In this document: in pieces, positions 10,166-20,290 of the stretch
Numbering within the stretch: the first letter of the stretch is position 1
Layout: each line of letters begins with the position of its first letter
Assembly: GCA_902596545.1 (NCBI GenBank)
Contig: CACJUH010000002.1
Location: forward strand, 91,881-155,880
DNA length: 64,000 nt
Reading direction: 5' to 3'
DNA from: an uncultured Candidatus Actinomarina sp.
GTDB lineage: Bacteria > Actinomycetota > Acidimicrobiia > Actinomarinales > Actinomarinaceae
Translations under genes and position numbers: made by a program
The notes under the pieces: generated by a model
What the model was told of the DNA's origin: nothing
The model's database searches: none
Seen by the model: only the letters and a program-made list of their open reading frames with translations

Positions 10166-11137
10166 ATGAATACTATTGCTGTTGATGCAATGGGTGGAGA
10201 CTCTGCTCCAATCGATATCGTTAAAGGAGCTATTAAAGCGAAAGATCAGGGTGTCGATGTTGTTTTATGTGGTGATAAAAATTTAATTAATCCATATTTA
10301 GAAAATCATGAAATACCTGTTTTTGATTTTCCCCAAGTTATTTCTATGGATGAAGATCCATTAAAAGCTATAAGAAATAAAAAGAATGCATCAATAGTTG
10401 GATGCATGCAATTACTTAAAGACAAAAAAGTACAGGCTGTATTTTCTGCAGGTTCTACAGGCGCAACATTAATAAGTGCAATTTCAATTCTTGGAAAACA
10501 TAAGGGAGTTATTAGGCCTGTCATAGCTTCTGTGTTGCCTTCGTTAAGTGGTAATACAATTCTTCTTGATTCAGGAGCTAGTTTAGATGTAAAGCCAAAA
10601 GTTCTTTTTCAATATGGAATAATGGGAGCAAAATTAGCTGAAGTAATAATGGATATCGACAATCCTAAAGTAGGTCTTCTAAATAACGGAGAAGAGGAAA
10701 CTAAAGGTCGAGATGTAGAAAAAGCAGCATATAAATTATTAAAGAATAGTAATTTAAACTTTGTTGGAAATATAGAAGGAAGAGATTTTTCAACAAAAAA
10801 AGCTGATGTGTTTGTTACTGACGGATTTACTGGAAATGTAGTATTAAAAACATTAGAAGGCACTGCAAAGTTACAGCAAAATCTAATTTCTTCAGCACTG
10901 TTAGATAATTTATTTAAACCTTTGTTAATTCCCGTAAAAAAAGCTTTGCAACCTGTTAAAGATCAGCTTAATCCAGATAAATCTGGTGCTTCATACTTAC
11001 TAGGTGTAAACGGAGTAGTCACAATAGGTCATGGTTCTTCTAATTCTGAAGCAGTCAAAAATGCAATTATATATACAGAAACTGCTGTAAAAAAAGATTT
11101 AATCAGTAAGTTTTCCTCCGCATTAAGTGAATTATGA
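10166..11137 (+). CDS. plsX: phosphate acyltransferase PlsX
   Basis: IAVDAMGGD, SAGSTGA, GNIEGRD, DGFTGNV.LK, GHGSS. Confidence 0.95.
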   Translation: MNTIAVDAMGGDSAPIDIVKGAIKAKDQGVDVVLCGDKNLINPYLENHEIPVFDFPQVISMDEDPLKAIRNKKNASIVGCMQLLKDKKVQAVFSAGSTGATLISAISILGKHKGVIRPVIASVLPSLSGNTILLDSGASLDVKPKVLFQYGIMGAKLAEVIMDIDNPKVGLLNNGEEETKGRDVEKAAYKLLKNSNLNFVGNIEGRDFSTKKADVFVTDGFTGNVVLKTLEGTAKLQQNLISSALLDNLFKPLLIPVKKALQPVKDQLNPDKSGASYLLGVNGVVTIGHGSSNSEAVKNAIIYTETAVKKDLISKFSSALSEL

Positions 11138-11811
11138 AAAGCATAGAAGATTTCGAGAAAACAATAGGGTATAGCTTTAAAGAAAAAAAACTTTTAAAAA
11201 TTGCTTTAACTCATAAATCTTATTTAGACGAAAACCCAGATCTAATATCAAATCAGCGCTATGAGTTCTTTGGAGATACTATTTTGGATTTTGATTTAAC
11301 TGAATACCTTTTTAAACATTTTCCAGATTTAGATGAAGGAAGTCTTACAAAGATAAGATCAAGTGCTGTTAATCAGACGAATTTAGTGAAATTAGGTAAT
11401 GAAATAAATATTGGATCTTTTATGTTTTTAAGTAAAGCAGAGGATTCTACCGGAGGTAGGAACAAATCATCCATAATTGAAGATGCAGTAGAAGCTTTAA
11501 TTGCAGCATTATATTTTGACGGGGGATTAACCGCAGTAAATGGCTTTGTTTCTAAATACATATATCCGAGCATAAAAGAGCTTTCTGAAAATCCTGGACA
11601 GAAAGATTATAAAACAAGACTTCAAGAGTATTATGCGAAAGTTGGGAAAAAAGTAAATTATATGGATTCATCTACTGGTCCGGATCATGATAAAAAATTT
11701 CAAACACAAGTTTTTTTGGATAAAGAAATTATCGGAGTTGGAGAAGGCAAGTCAAAGAAAAGTTCACAACAAGAAGCCGCGAAACAAGCATTAGAAAAAA
11801 TAAATGCCTGA
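11134..11811 (+). CDS. rnc: ribonuclease III
   Basis: ALTHKS, QRYEFFGD signature, DAVEA, C-terminal dsRBD (DYKTRLQE..GPDH..GKSKK). Confidence 0.95.
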   Translation: MKSIEDFEKTIGYSFKEKKLLKIALTHKSYLDENPDLISNQRYEFFGDTILDFDLTEYLFKHFPDLDEGSLTKIRSSAVNQTNLVKLGNEINIGSFMFLSKAEDSTGGRNKSSIIEDAVEALIAALYFDGGLTAVNGFVSKYIYPSIKELSENPGQKDYKTRLQEYYAKVGKKVNYMDSSTGPDHDKKFQTQVFLDKEIIGVGEGKSKKSSQQEAAKQALEKINA

Positions 11812-12607
11812 ACTGCCTGAAGTAGAGTCAATTAAACGTTCGTTATCTTCAAATATTGTTGGTCAGAAACTAGAGAATTATAAAATCTATGATCATAGAA
11901 CAAATAGATATAATACTAAAAAACCAACGATTAAAGAATCTTTATCAGGAATATCAAGAAAAGGTAAACTTTTAATTTTTGATTTTGAACATTATTCGAT
12001 CATTTTTCATTTAGGAATGAGCGGAAGAATCCAAGTAAACGATAAAAAAAATAAACATACAAGAGCCCGTTTTTATTTTGACAAAGATACAGTAAATTTT
12101 GATGATATTAGAAGATTTGGATTTATTAATATCATAAAAGCGGAATTTAAAATTGATTATTTGAATAAAATTGGTCCAGATGTGTTGGAGATTAGTACAA
12201 AACAATCAAGAATAATTATTGATAAAAGTAAGAAATCAAAATCATTGATAAAAGATTTTATACTTAACCAAAAATACATGAGTGGAGTAGGTAACATTTA
12301 TGCAAACGAAATATTGTTTGCCTCAAGAATTCACCCTGAAACAAAAGTAAATGCTTTAAGTAGCAATAATTGGGAAGATTTATTTAATAACACCAAAAAA
12401 ATTATGCGGTTAGCAATTAAAAACAATGGAACAACTTTAAGTGATATGACTTATTTTTTGCCTTATGGTGAATTTGGTTCAAATCAGAATTTTTTAAAAA
12501 TATATAGCAAAACAAATTGTTTTAATTGTGGACATATAATTGATAAAATATACATTAACCAAAGAGCTACATATTTTTGTAGGAAATGTCAAAAATTAAA
12601 AAATTAA
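11804..12607 (+). CDS. mutM: formamidopyrimidine-DNA glycosylase
   Basis: MPELPEVE, HLGMSG, GVGNIYANE, C-terminal C4 zinc finger. Confidence 0.95.
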   Translation: MPELPEVESIKRSLSSNIVGQKLENYKIYDHRTNRYNTKKPTIKESLSGISRKGKLLIFDFEHYSIIFHLGMSGRIQVNDKKNKHTRARFYFDKDTVNFDDIRRFGFINIIKAEFKIDYLNKIGPDVLEISTKQSRIIIDKSKKSKSLIKDFILNQKYMSGVGNIYANEILFASRIHPETKVNALSSNNWEDLFNNTKKIMRLAIKNNGTTLSDMTYFLPYGEFGSNQNFLKIYSKTNCFNCGHIIDKIYINQRATYFCRKCQKLKN

Positions 12608-13521
12608 AAGTTCAACTAAATAGAGACGGTTCTCTTGAATCGACTCACTTTGTTAACGTATATAAAAATGACCAAAATGAATATGATTATTTTTTTCCAA
12701 GATCAGCTGTTAAACCTTTTCAACTTATCCCTCTTCTTTATGAAGCCCAAAATCAAAATATATTATTAACAAGTGAAGAAATAGCTATATTTTCATCTTC
12801 TCATTCTGGTCAAGAAATTCATACAGAATTAATTAAAACAATTGCAAAAAAATATGATTTAGATCTTGAAAGATTAGTTTGTGGAAAACAAAGACCTTTT
12901 CATGAACCTACCGCTGATAAATTACTACAAAATAATAAAGAATATACAAAATTACACCATAACTGCTCAGGAAAGCACCTTGCCATGCTTTTATTTTCAA
13001 AAATTCTTAACGAGGATAACAAAATTTATCATACCTTTAAAAGTAAAACACAATCGATAGTTAAAGAGTTCTTTCAATTTATTTTCACTGATAATGATAT
13101 TGGTTTTGGCACAGACGGATGTGGTCTTCCAGCGATACATTTACGAACTGATAGTTTTTTAAAAGCGGTTAATAAGATAAAAACTACAGAATACTCTAAT
13201 AATTGGTCTGATATGTTTAATTCTTACCATACAAACCCATTACTTATTGGCGGTGAAAATCGAACAGATACAAATATCATTCTCAATTCAAGCAAAACAG
13301 TTTTAGCTAAATCTGGTGCAGAAGGTGTTCTATTTGTTACGAATAACGATGAATCATATTTGTTTAAATGTATTGATGGAAGTAAAAGGGGAGTAGATTT
13401 AGCTGCAACTAAATACTTAAACAAAATAGGAATGGTTAATGAAAAACCCTTTCAATATTTAAGCAATCTTTATAGTTTAAATACTCAAAACACTAAGGCA
13501 GTCACGATAACTGTTTCTTAA
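12586..13521 (+). CDS. asparaginase II family protein (Rhizobium etli type)
   Basis: RSAVKPFQ, SHSG, HNCSGKH, DGCG, KSGAEG. Confidence 0.85.
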   Translation: MSKIKKLKVQLNRDGSLESTHFVNVYKNDQNEYDYFFPRSAVKPFQLIPLLYEAQNQNILLTSEEIAIFSSSHSGQEIHTELIKTIAKKYDLDLERLVCGKQRPFHEPTADKLLQNNKEYTKLHHNCSGKHLAMLLFSKILNEDNKIYHTFKSKTQSIVKEFFQFIFTDNDIGFGTDGCGLPAIHLRTDSFLKAVNKIKTTEYSNNWSDMFNSYHTNPLLIGGENRTDTNIILNSSKTVLAKSGAEGVLFVTNNDESYLFKCIDGSKRGVDLAATKYLNKIGMVNEKPFQYLSNLYSLNTQNTKAVTITVS

Positions 13522-13586
13522 ATTTTTTCAATTTAAAGCAAATTATTCTATTTTTTACTATTATTAAGTTAACAACAGGGTAAATA

Positions 13587-16238
13587 ATGTATTTAAAATC
13601 TTTAGATATTAATGGCTTTAAGTCATTCTATGAAAAAACTTCTGTTGACTTTTCTAATAAAGTCAATGTAATAGTTGGACCGAATGGTTCTGGTAAATCC
13701 AATGTCGTTGATGCAATTTCTTGGGTATTAGGTACTCAAAGTCCAGCAACCTTAAGAACTAATAAGATGGAAGATGTTATATTTGCTGGTACTGAAAAGT
13801 TGTCTCAAAAAGGTTTTGCAGAAGTTTACTTGAATTTTGAAGTGGATGAAAAATTATTCAATGGAAATTCTGAAATATCTATTGGGAGAAAATTGTTTAG
13901 GGATGGTACATCAGAATATTTTATGAACGGATTAAATTGCCGTTTGTTAGATATTCAAGAATTTTTAAATGATGTTGGGATTGGAAAGCAGCAACATATC
14001 ATTATTTCACAGGGGCAAATAGCTGAAATTTTGAATTCTAAACCTGAAGATCACAGAACAACCATTGAAGAGGCAGCCGGAATTCTTCCACTTAGAGTTA
14101 AGAAAGAAAAATCATTAAAAAGAATTGAATCTGGCGAGAAAGAAATTAAGAGAGCAAAAGATGTTCTTCGTGAGATTAAAAAACAACTTAAACCTCTGCA
14201 AGATCAAGCAGAAAAAGCAAAAATACATGAAGAGAGTACAAAGCTCCTAAAGAGTAAAGTTATTGAACTGAATGTCATGATGTTCAGAAAATTTGATGAT
14301 AAATATAAAAGTTTTGTAATTGAAGAAAATTCCTTAGATCAAAACTTAGAAGATATTGATAAAAAATTAAATACATTAAAAGATCAAAAAGGTCAGATAA
14401 ATAATGAACTTGGTGATGGATACTCAATAGGTTCAACATTTAAAGATTACTCTGGAAAATTTTTAAATCTATCTGAGCAACTTAGGTCTTTAGCTCAAGT
14501 TGCATATGAGAGAAAAGATAATCTAGAACGTGAAGAAATTAAAGCTTCCGAAGAGCTAAATAAAACTATTAATAAAATAAATGAAAATAATAATCAAATA
14601 TCAATGCTCACCTCTCAGTTGATGGATAAAAAGCAAAGCCTAACTAATTTAGAAAATCAAAGTGTAGACATTAAGTATCAAATTGAAGAGATTATTAAAA
14701 AACTATCTGCTTCTACAGAGGTAAATGAAGCAGTTTTAGAAAGTGAAATCAAACAAATTAGACAATCAATTGATATTACAAATAAAGATTTACAACTTTT
14801 TGAAAAGGAATTTTCAAAGTGGGAAGAAGATCTACAAATTTCAGAATCTTTGTTAAATGATTTAAACATAAAATTAGAATCGTATCAAATTCCAAAAGAT
14901 TTAGTTGAAGAATTTCCGGCTCATACAAAAAAAATAATACGAAGAGAATTAGACATTAATAAAAATAATATTCTAAAAATTAATTTTGATTCTGAAAATT
15001 TAAATTCTGAACTTCTTAAGAAAGAAGAGCTCCTCTCAAATATTTTTCATAAAGAAGAATTTAAATCTGATATAAACAAACAAAAAGATGAATTAGAAAA
15101 TAAACTTAAACAATTAGAACAAGATATAAGTCTTATTAGCAATCAACTTATTACATCTCAAGAAAGAATAAAAAATCTTTCTAATCAGAATACTGAATTA
15201 AATATTGTAAAAAAGAATCTTGAGGGAATTGATAGATTACATCAGAAGTCACAGTTATCTGAAATAATCAATTCTGCAAAAACTTTTATAGAGTTTACAA
15301 ACTCAACTTCTAATAAATTAGAAATAGAATCTGAAAAATTTGACCAAAAATATGGAAATTCTAATAAGAAAATTGAAAGAATAGATGAACAAATTGAAAA
15401 TTTAAATAATGAGCTTTTCAATACAAAAGATATGTTAACTAACGTAGCAATCAAAAAATCTGAAATGGAGAGTTCTAAGAGCAATCATTACTCTAATTTA
15501 GTAAATATATATGGTTTGAATATTGATCAAATTAATCAATATGGAATTATTGCTGCAAATCAAAGTGAATTAGAAAATGAAATTAAACTTCTTGAAAACA
15601 AGTTAGAAGAGATAGGTACTGTCAATTACCTAGCAAAAGAAGACTTTGATTCTTTAAATCTCAGATATGAAGAAATACAGTCTACCATTGATGATTTACA
15701 GCTTTCAAAAAAAGAGTTGTTGTTAAACATTAAAGAAGTAGAAACTGAAATAGAATTCAGAATAGAATCATCATTTAATTCTATATCTGTACATTTTTCT
15801 GAAATATTTGAAACATTATTTCCAGGGGGTAAAGGATCACTTTCCTTCACTGATAAAACAAATATTTTAGAGACTGGCATAGAGATATCAGTACAACCAA
15901 GAGGCAAGAAAGTCAAAAAACTTTCATTATTATCTGGTGGAGAGAGATCATTGGCTGCAATTGCATTTCTATTTTCAATATTTAAATCTTTTCCGAGTCC
16001 ATTTTATATTTTAGATGAAGTTGAAGCAGCTCTTGATGATGCAAATCTTCATAGAATGATTAATTTGCTCGATAAAATAAAAGAAGATGCACAATACATA
16101 ATTGTTACACATCAACAACAAACCATGCATGCTGGAGATGTGTTATATGGTGTAACTATGGAGCCAGGTTCTGGATCTAGAGTGTTCACAAAGACAAAAG
16201 AAGATTTTGAAAGTTTAATAGGTACTAATGAAAAATAG
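13587..16238 (+). CDS. smc: SMC chromosome segregation ATPase, short form
   Basis: GFKSF, GPNGSGKSN, LSGGE, LDEVEAALDDAN, IVTH; long coiled coil. Confidence 0.9.
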   Translation: MYLKSLDINGFKSFYEKTSVDFSNKVNVIVGPNGSGKSNVVDAISWVLGTQSPATLRTNKMEDVIFAGTEKLSQKGFAEVYLNFEVDEKLFNGNSEISIGRKLFRDGTSEYFMNGLNCRLLDIQEFLNDVGIGKQQHIIISQGQIAEILNSKPEDHRTTIEEAAGILPLRVKKEKSLKRIESGEKEIKRAKDVLREIKKQLKPLQDQAEKAKIHEESTKLLKSKVIELNVMMFRKFDDKYKSFVIEENSLDQNLEDIDKKLNTLKDQKGQINNELGDGYSIGSTFKDYSGKFLNLSEQLRSLAQVAYERKDNLEREEIKASEELNKTINKINENNNQISMLTSQLMDKKQSLTNLENQSVDIKYQIEEIIKKLSASTEVNEAVLESEIKQIRQSIDITNKDLQLFEKEFSKWEEDLQISESLLNDLNIKLESYQIPKDLVEEFPAHTKKIIRRELDINKNNILKINFDSENLNSELLKKEELLSNIFHKEEFKSDINKQKDELENKLKQLEQDISLISNQLITSQERIKNLSNQNTELNIVKKNLEGIDRLHQKSQLSEIINSAKTFIEFTNSTSNKLEIESEKFDQKYGNSNKKIERIDEQIENLNNELFNTKDMLTNVAIKKSEMESSKSNHYSNLVNIYGLNIDQINQYGIIAANQSELENEIKLLENKLEEIGTVNYLAKEDFDSLNLRYEEIQSTIDDLQLSKKELLLNIKEVETEIEFRIESSFNSISVHFSEIFETLFPGGKGSLSFTDKTNILETGIEISVQPRGKKVKKLSLLSGGERSLAAIAFLFSIFKSFPSPFYILDEVEAALDDANLHRMINLLDKIKEDAQYIIVTHQQQTMHAGDVLYGVTMEPGSGSRVFTKTKEDFESLIGTNEK

Positions 16239-16611
16239 CGACTTAGCTGATTTAGCTAGAAATATTGCTGAAAAAGCATATGCACCATATTCAAATTTTA
16301 GAGTTGGTGCAGCACTGATTACTGATTCTGGAAATATATATACTGGTTGCAATATTGAAAACGCATCATATCCAGCAACAGTTTGTGCGGAAGATGTTGC
16401 AGTTGTTAAGGCTATATCAGAAGGTGAAAAGAGTATTGACACAATTGCGGTTGCATGTATTGATGCTGAATCAGACACTGCAATATTTCCATGTGGAATT
16501 TCTCGTCAGAGATTAGCTGAATTTGATACAAAGAAAGTGATTGTTGTTGAGAAAGACGGTTACAAAGAATATACCTTTGACGAAATACTTCCTTATAATT
16601 TTAAATTTTAA
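16228..16611 (+). CDS. cdd: cytidine deaminase (homotetrameric type)
   Basis: AYAPYSNFRVGAAL, GCNIENASY, CAE, PCG.SRQ. Confidence 0.88.
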   Translation: MKNSDLADLARNIAEKAYAPYSNFRVGAALITDSGNIYTGCNIENASYPATVCAEDVAVVKAISEGEKSIDTIAVACIDAESDTAIFPCGISRQRLAEFDTKKVIVVEKDGYKEYTFDEILPYNFKF

Positions 16612-17525
16612 AGATTTTGATTAATTTTTGGAATAACACTTAAAGTATCGCCAACAATACCTAAATCAGCTAATTGAAATATTGGTGCCTCTTCATCTTT
16701 ATTAATTGCAATAATGAATTTTGAATCTTTCATGCCAACCTGGTGTTGCGTAGCTCCAGATATTCCACAGGCAATATAAACATCTGGTTTCACTGTTTTA
16801 CCTGTTTGACCTACCTGCTGAGAATATGGCATCCATCCTGCATCTACAATTGCTCTAGTTCCGCCAATAGCTGCGTTCAATTTTGCTGCTAATTCTTCAA
16901 CAATAACTAAATTTTCTTTATCTACCATTCCTCTTCCAGCTGAAATCACCACTTTTGAATCTTCCAATTGTGGTCCAGTTTTTTCTTCTTTATAAATGTC
17001 AAAAATGGCAACGTCAGAATTTTCAACTTCAATAGTTTCAAAATTATTATTTAATTCAACATCAGCGGGTTCAAAAGATTTCGGTCTTACTAATAAAAGC
17101 GAATGATTAGATGCAATCTTTGATTTATATAAACTTTCACCGCCATTTATGGAATTGATTGTTGAAACCGCATCTCCATTAATTTCAAAATCGATAACAT
17201 TTGATACAGGACTTGAATTTAAGTCTACAGAGATAAAAGAAATCAGATCTCTACAAAGGTATGTGGATGACCCTAAGATCAAGTTAATACCTTCATCATT
17301 CACAATTTTTGTAATCAAATCTGTAACTTTACTGAATTGTAAAGATTCACTGCTTCTTTTGATATAGGTTTGTTTAAAAGATTCAGAACCAATTGTTGGG
17401 TCATCGTCACTTCCTATTGTTACAACTTGATAATCGAGACTTTCATCTTGTGCTTTTTTAATTATCTCTAATGTTCCACTGCTAAGCGTTCCATTTAAAA
17501 TTTCACCTAATATTAATGTTTTCAT
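16608..17525 (-). CDS. etfA: electron transfer flavoprotein alpha subunit
   Basis: QVGQTGKTVKP, GISGATQH.VGM, AINKDEEAPIF. Confidence 0.95.
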   Translation of the reverse strand: MKTLILGEILNGTLSSGTLEIIKKAQDESLDYQVVTIGSDDDPTIGSESFKQTYIKRSSESLQFSKVTDLITKIVNDEGINLILGSSTYLCRDLISFISVDLNSSPVSNVIDFEINGDAVSTINSINGGESLYKSKIASNHSLLLVRPKSFEPADVELNNNFETIEVENSDVAIFDIYKEEKTGPQLEDSKVVISAGRGMVDKENLVIVEELAAKLNAAIGGTRAIVDAGWMPYSQQVGQTGKTVKPDVYIACGISGATQHQVGMKDSKFIIAINKDEEAPIFQLADLGIVGDTLSVIPKINQNL

Positions 17526-18271
17526 ATAACCTTAAGTTCCTTAAGTTTGTCTACAATAACTTGGAAAGCTTCTCCTTCATCAATAATTTTTTCACCATTT
17601 TTTGAATTTTCAAGTGCTTCAATGCTGATAAATTCTAAGTTTTGATCTGTTGTGATGTTTAGCGTGCTTAATTCGACTTTTTCTATTGGTTTCGACTTTG
17701 CAGCCATAATATCTTTAAAATTTGGATATCTAGGTTCTACACCTCCAGCAGTTACTGATATAACACAATTTTGTGGCATTTTTACTTTTTCGGATCCCTC
17801 TGATGTTTGCCTAGTAAGTGATACATCTTCACCAATTTCTATAGCTTTAACATAAGATATACAATCTAAGTTCAAAAATCTTGAAACTTGTTGTGGTACC
17901 GTTCCTGAATAACCATCAGTAGATTCGGTACCAAAAATAACAATATCTGCGTTGGTTGTTTTTGCGAGTTCACTTAAAACATTAGCTGTCATTAAAGAAT
18001 TAGCGCCTTTTAAAGAGTCATCATCTACATATAAGGCTTTATCTGCACCCATCTGTAATGCTTGTTGTAAGCCTTTCATAGTTCCTGCGGGACCCATAGA
18101 AATAATCGTAACTTCAGCATCATACTTTTCTTTTAACTGAAGTGCTATTTCAATACCATACCTGTCAGTATCGTCTAAAACTTGTTCTTCAGGCCTGACG
18201 ATTATCCCATTGTCATATGATGTTTCGTTTGCTGGATCCGGAATCTGTTTAGCGCATACAGTGATGTTCAT
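17522..18271 (-). CDS. etfB: electron transfer flavoprotein beta subunit
   Basis: VCAKQIPD, ALQMGAD, G.ESTDG, EPRYP; adjacent to etfA. Confidence 0.95.
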   Translation of the reverse strand: MNITVCAKQIPDPANETSYDNGIIVRPEEQVLDDTDRYGIEIALQLKEKYDAEVTIISMGPAGTMKGLQQALQMGADKALYVDDDSLKGANSLMTANVLSELAKTTNADIVIFGTESTDGYSGTVPQQVSRFLNLDCISYVKAIEIGEDVSLTRQTSEGSEKVKMPQNCVISVTAGGVEPRYPNFKDIMAAKSKPIEKVELSTLNITTDQNLEFISIEALENSKNGEKIIDEGEAFQVIVDKLKELKVI

Positions 18272-18291
18272 AGATTTTATATTAATTAGAA

Positions 18292-19119
18292 TTAATTATT
18301 ACCGATATTTATTTCAGACAAAAATTCTTTCATAAAGTTTTGAAGTTTTACTTTAGATTTCTCAGCAATTTCAATTACTTCATTATGATCTAATGGATTC
18401 TGGCTTATTCCAGCGGCTAAATTAGTAACTAATGAAAAAGCTACAGTTTTTATACCTGCATGCTTGGCTACAATTGCTTCAGGAACTGTTGACATTCCAA
18501 CAAGATCAGCTCCTATATTTTTAGCAAAATTTACCTCTGCAGGTGTTTCATAAGAAGGACCAGTAAACCAGGCATATACACCAGTTTTAAACTCAAAATG
18601 ATTTTTCGCTACTTTTTCTGCTAACGTCAACAATTCAGAATTGTACACTTCAGACATATCTGGAAATCTTGGTCCAAATTCTTCTAAGTTTTTACCAATT
18701 AATGGATTATCACCAGTTAAATTAATATGGTCAGTAATCGCAACAATATCACCAGGGATATACTCTGAAGAAATCCCTCCAGCGGCATTTGTAAGTATTA
18801 GAGTTTTTGCACCTAGCATTATAAATGTTCTTATTGGGATAACTAATTCTTGAATAGGGTAACCTTCATAAAAATGAGCACGACCAGACAGAATTGCAGT
18901 TATTTTTCCCTCAATATTTACAATACTTAATTTCCCAGAATGACCTTCGATAGAAGGCTGTAAAAAATTGGGTATTTCAGAATAATTTAATTGATATAAG
19001 GGTTTGTAGTTCTCTTCAAAACCACTCATACCAGATCCTAATACAATTACAGATTCTATAGTTTTTCCTTCAATGATTTCTGAGATAAAGGCTTTAGACT
19101 CTGTTATTTTTTCGATCAT
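18292..19119 (-). CDS. punA: purine nucleoside phosphorylase (trimeric type)
   Basis: VLGSG, GRAHFYEG, TNAAGG, GPSYETPAE, VGMSTVPE. Confidence 0.93.
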   Translation of the reverse strand: MIEKITESKAFISEIIEGKTIESVIVLGSGMSGFEENYKPLYQLNYSEIPNFLQPSIEGHSGKLSIVNIEGKITAILSGRAHFYEGYPIQELVIPIRTFIMLGAKTLILTNAAGGISSEYIPGDIVAITDHINLTGDNPLIGKNLEEFGPRFPDMSEVYNSELLTLAEKVAKNHFEFKTGVYAWFTGPSYETPAEVNFAKNIGADLVGMSTVPEAIVAKHAGIKTVAFSLVTNLAAGISQNPLDHNEVIEIAEKSKVKLQNFMKEFLSEINIGNN

Positions 19120-19138
19120 TTGATATTAGGTTAATAAG

Positions 19139-20290
19139 TTAAATTCGATTTAAAAAGCTTTTACCTGGAAATATATTATTTAACTCAAAAAAATCACAGA
19201 TTGTTGAAGCTACATTATAGAAACCTTCAAGATCACCAATATATTCTGCTTTACCATTTTTTTTATAAGCAACCATCGGAACATATTCTCTTGAATGATC
19301 TGTTTTACCATCTGTTGGATCTGTACCATGATCACCTGTAAAAATTATTAGGTCGTTTTCACTCATGATATCTAAAATTCCTTGAATTTTCCTATCAATA
19401 AGTTTTAATCCTTCATAATATCCTTGTGGATCTTCTCTGTGGCCATACAGCATATCTAAATCAACTAAATTAACAAAAATAAAATCATGGTTACCATTTT
19501 TGGCTTCATTATGTAGGTATTCAAGTCCATTTGAGTCACCCTCAGTATGTACAGCAGTTGTCAAAAACATTTCTCCAAATAAATCGCTAATCTTACCTAT
19601 TCCATATGTAGATAGATTATTTTTATATAAATAACTTAAAATTGTTTCGCCTGGAGGATTCATGCCAAAATCTTTTCTATCATAAGTTCTAACAAAATTG
19701 TCATATTCTCCAATAAATGGTCTCGCTATTACTCGTCCAATATTGTATTCATCACAATATTTTCTTGAAATCTCGCATATTTTGTAAAGTTCCTCAACAG
19801 AACAAACATTTTCGTGAGCGGCAATTTGAAAAACTGAATCTCCAGAAGTATATAAAATTAATTTTCCCGATGATAGATGCTCTCTTCCCAATTCTTTTAA
19901 TATTTCAGTACCTGATGCATGTTTGTTGCCTATGAATTCAATATTTGCTTCTTTTTGAATTGAGTGAATTAACTCCTGAGGGAATCCTTGAGGATAAGTT
20001 GAAAAATCTTGTTCAGTTATTAAACCTGCGAGCTCCCAATGTCCAGTAGTAGAATCATTTCCAATTGACTTTTCTGAAAGTCTGCCAACAGTAGCAATAT
20101 GGTTAGTATCCATATTTTTTACTTCAGTAATTTTTCCAAAACCTAACTTTTCCATAGTTGGTAAATTGACACCACCTACAGCATTCGCAACATTTGAAAG
20201 AGTATTTGTTCCTAAATCACCATATTTATCCGCATCAGGTGCTTCACCAACACCTAAAGAATCAATAACGACAAGAAAACATCTTTTCAT
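19139..20290 (-). CDS. deoB: phosphopentomutase
   Basis: VIDSLGVG..PDA, DSTTGHWE, YTSGDSVFQIAAHE, GRVIARPF, GDHG.DPT..TDHSRE. Confidence 0.95.
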   Translation of the reverse strand: MKRCFLVVIDSLGVGEAPDADKYGDLGTNTLSNVANAVGGVNLPTMEKLGFGKITEVKNMDTNHIATVGRLSEKSIGNDSTTGHWELAGLITEQDFSTYPQGFPQELIHSIQKEANIEFIGNKHASGTEILKELGREHLSSGKLILYTSGDSVFQIAAHENVCSVEELYKICEISRKYCDEYNIGRVIARPFIGEYDNFVRTYDRKDFGMNPPGETILSYLYKNNLSTYGIGKISDLFGEMFLTTAVHTEGDSNGLEYLHNEAKNGNHDFIFVNLVDLDMLYGHREDPQGYYEGLKLIDRKIQGILDIMSENDLIIFTGDHGTDPTDGKTDHSREYVPMVAYKKNGKAEYIGDLEGFYNVASTICDFFELNNIFPGKSFLNRI

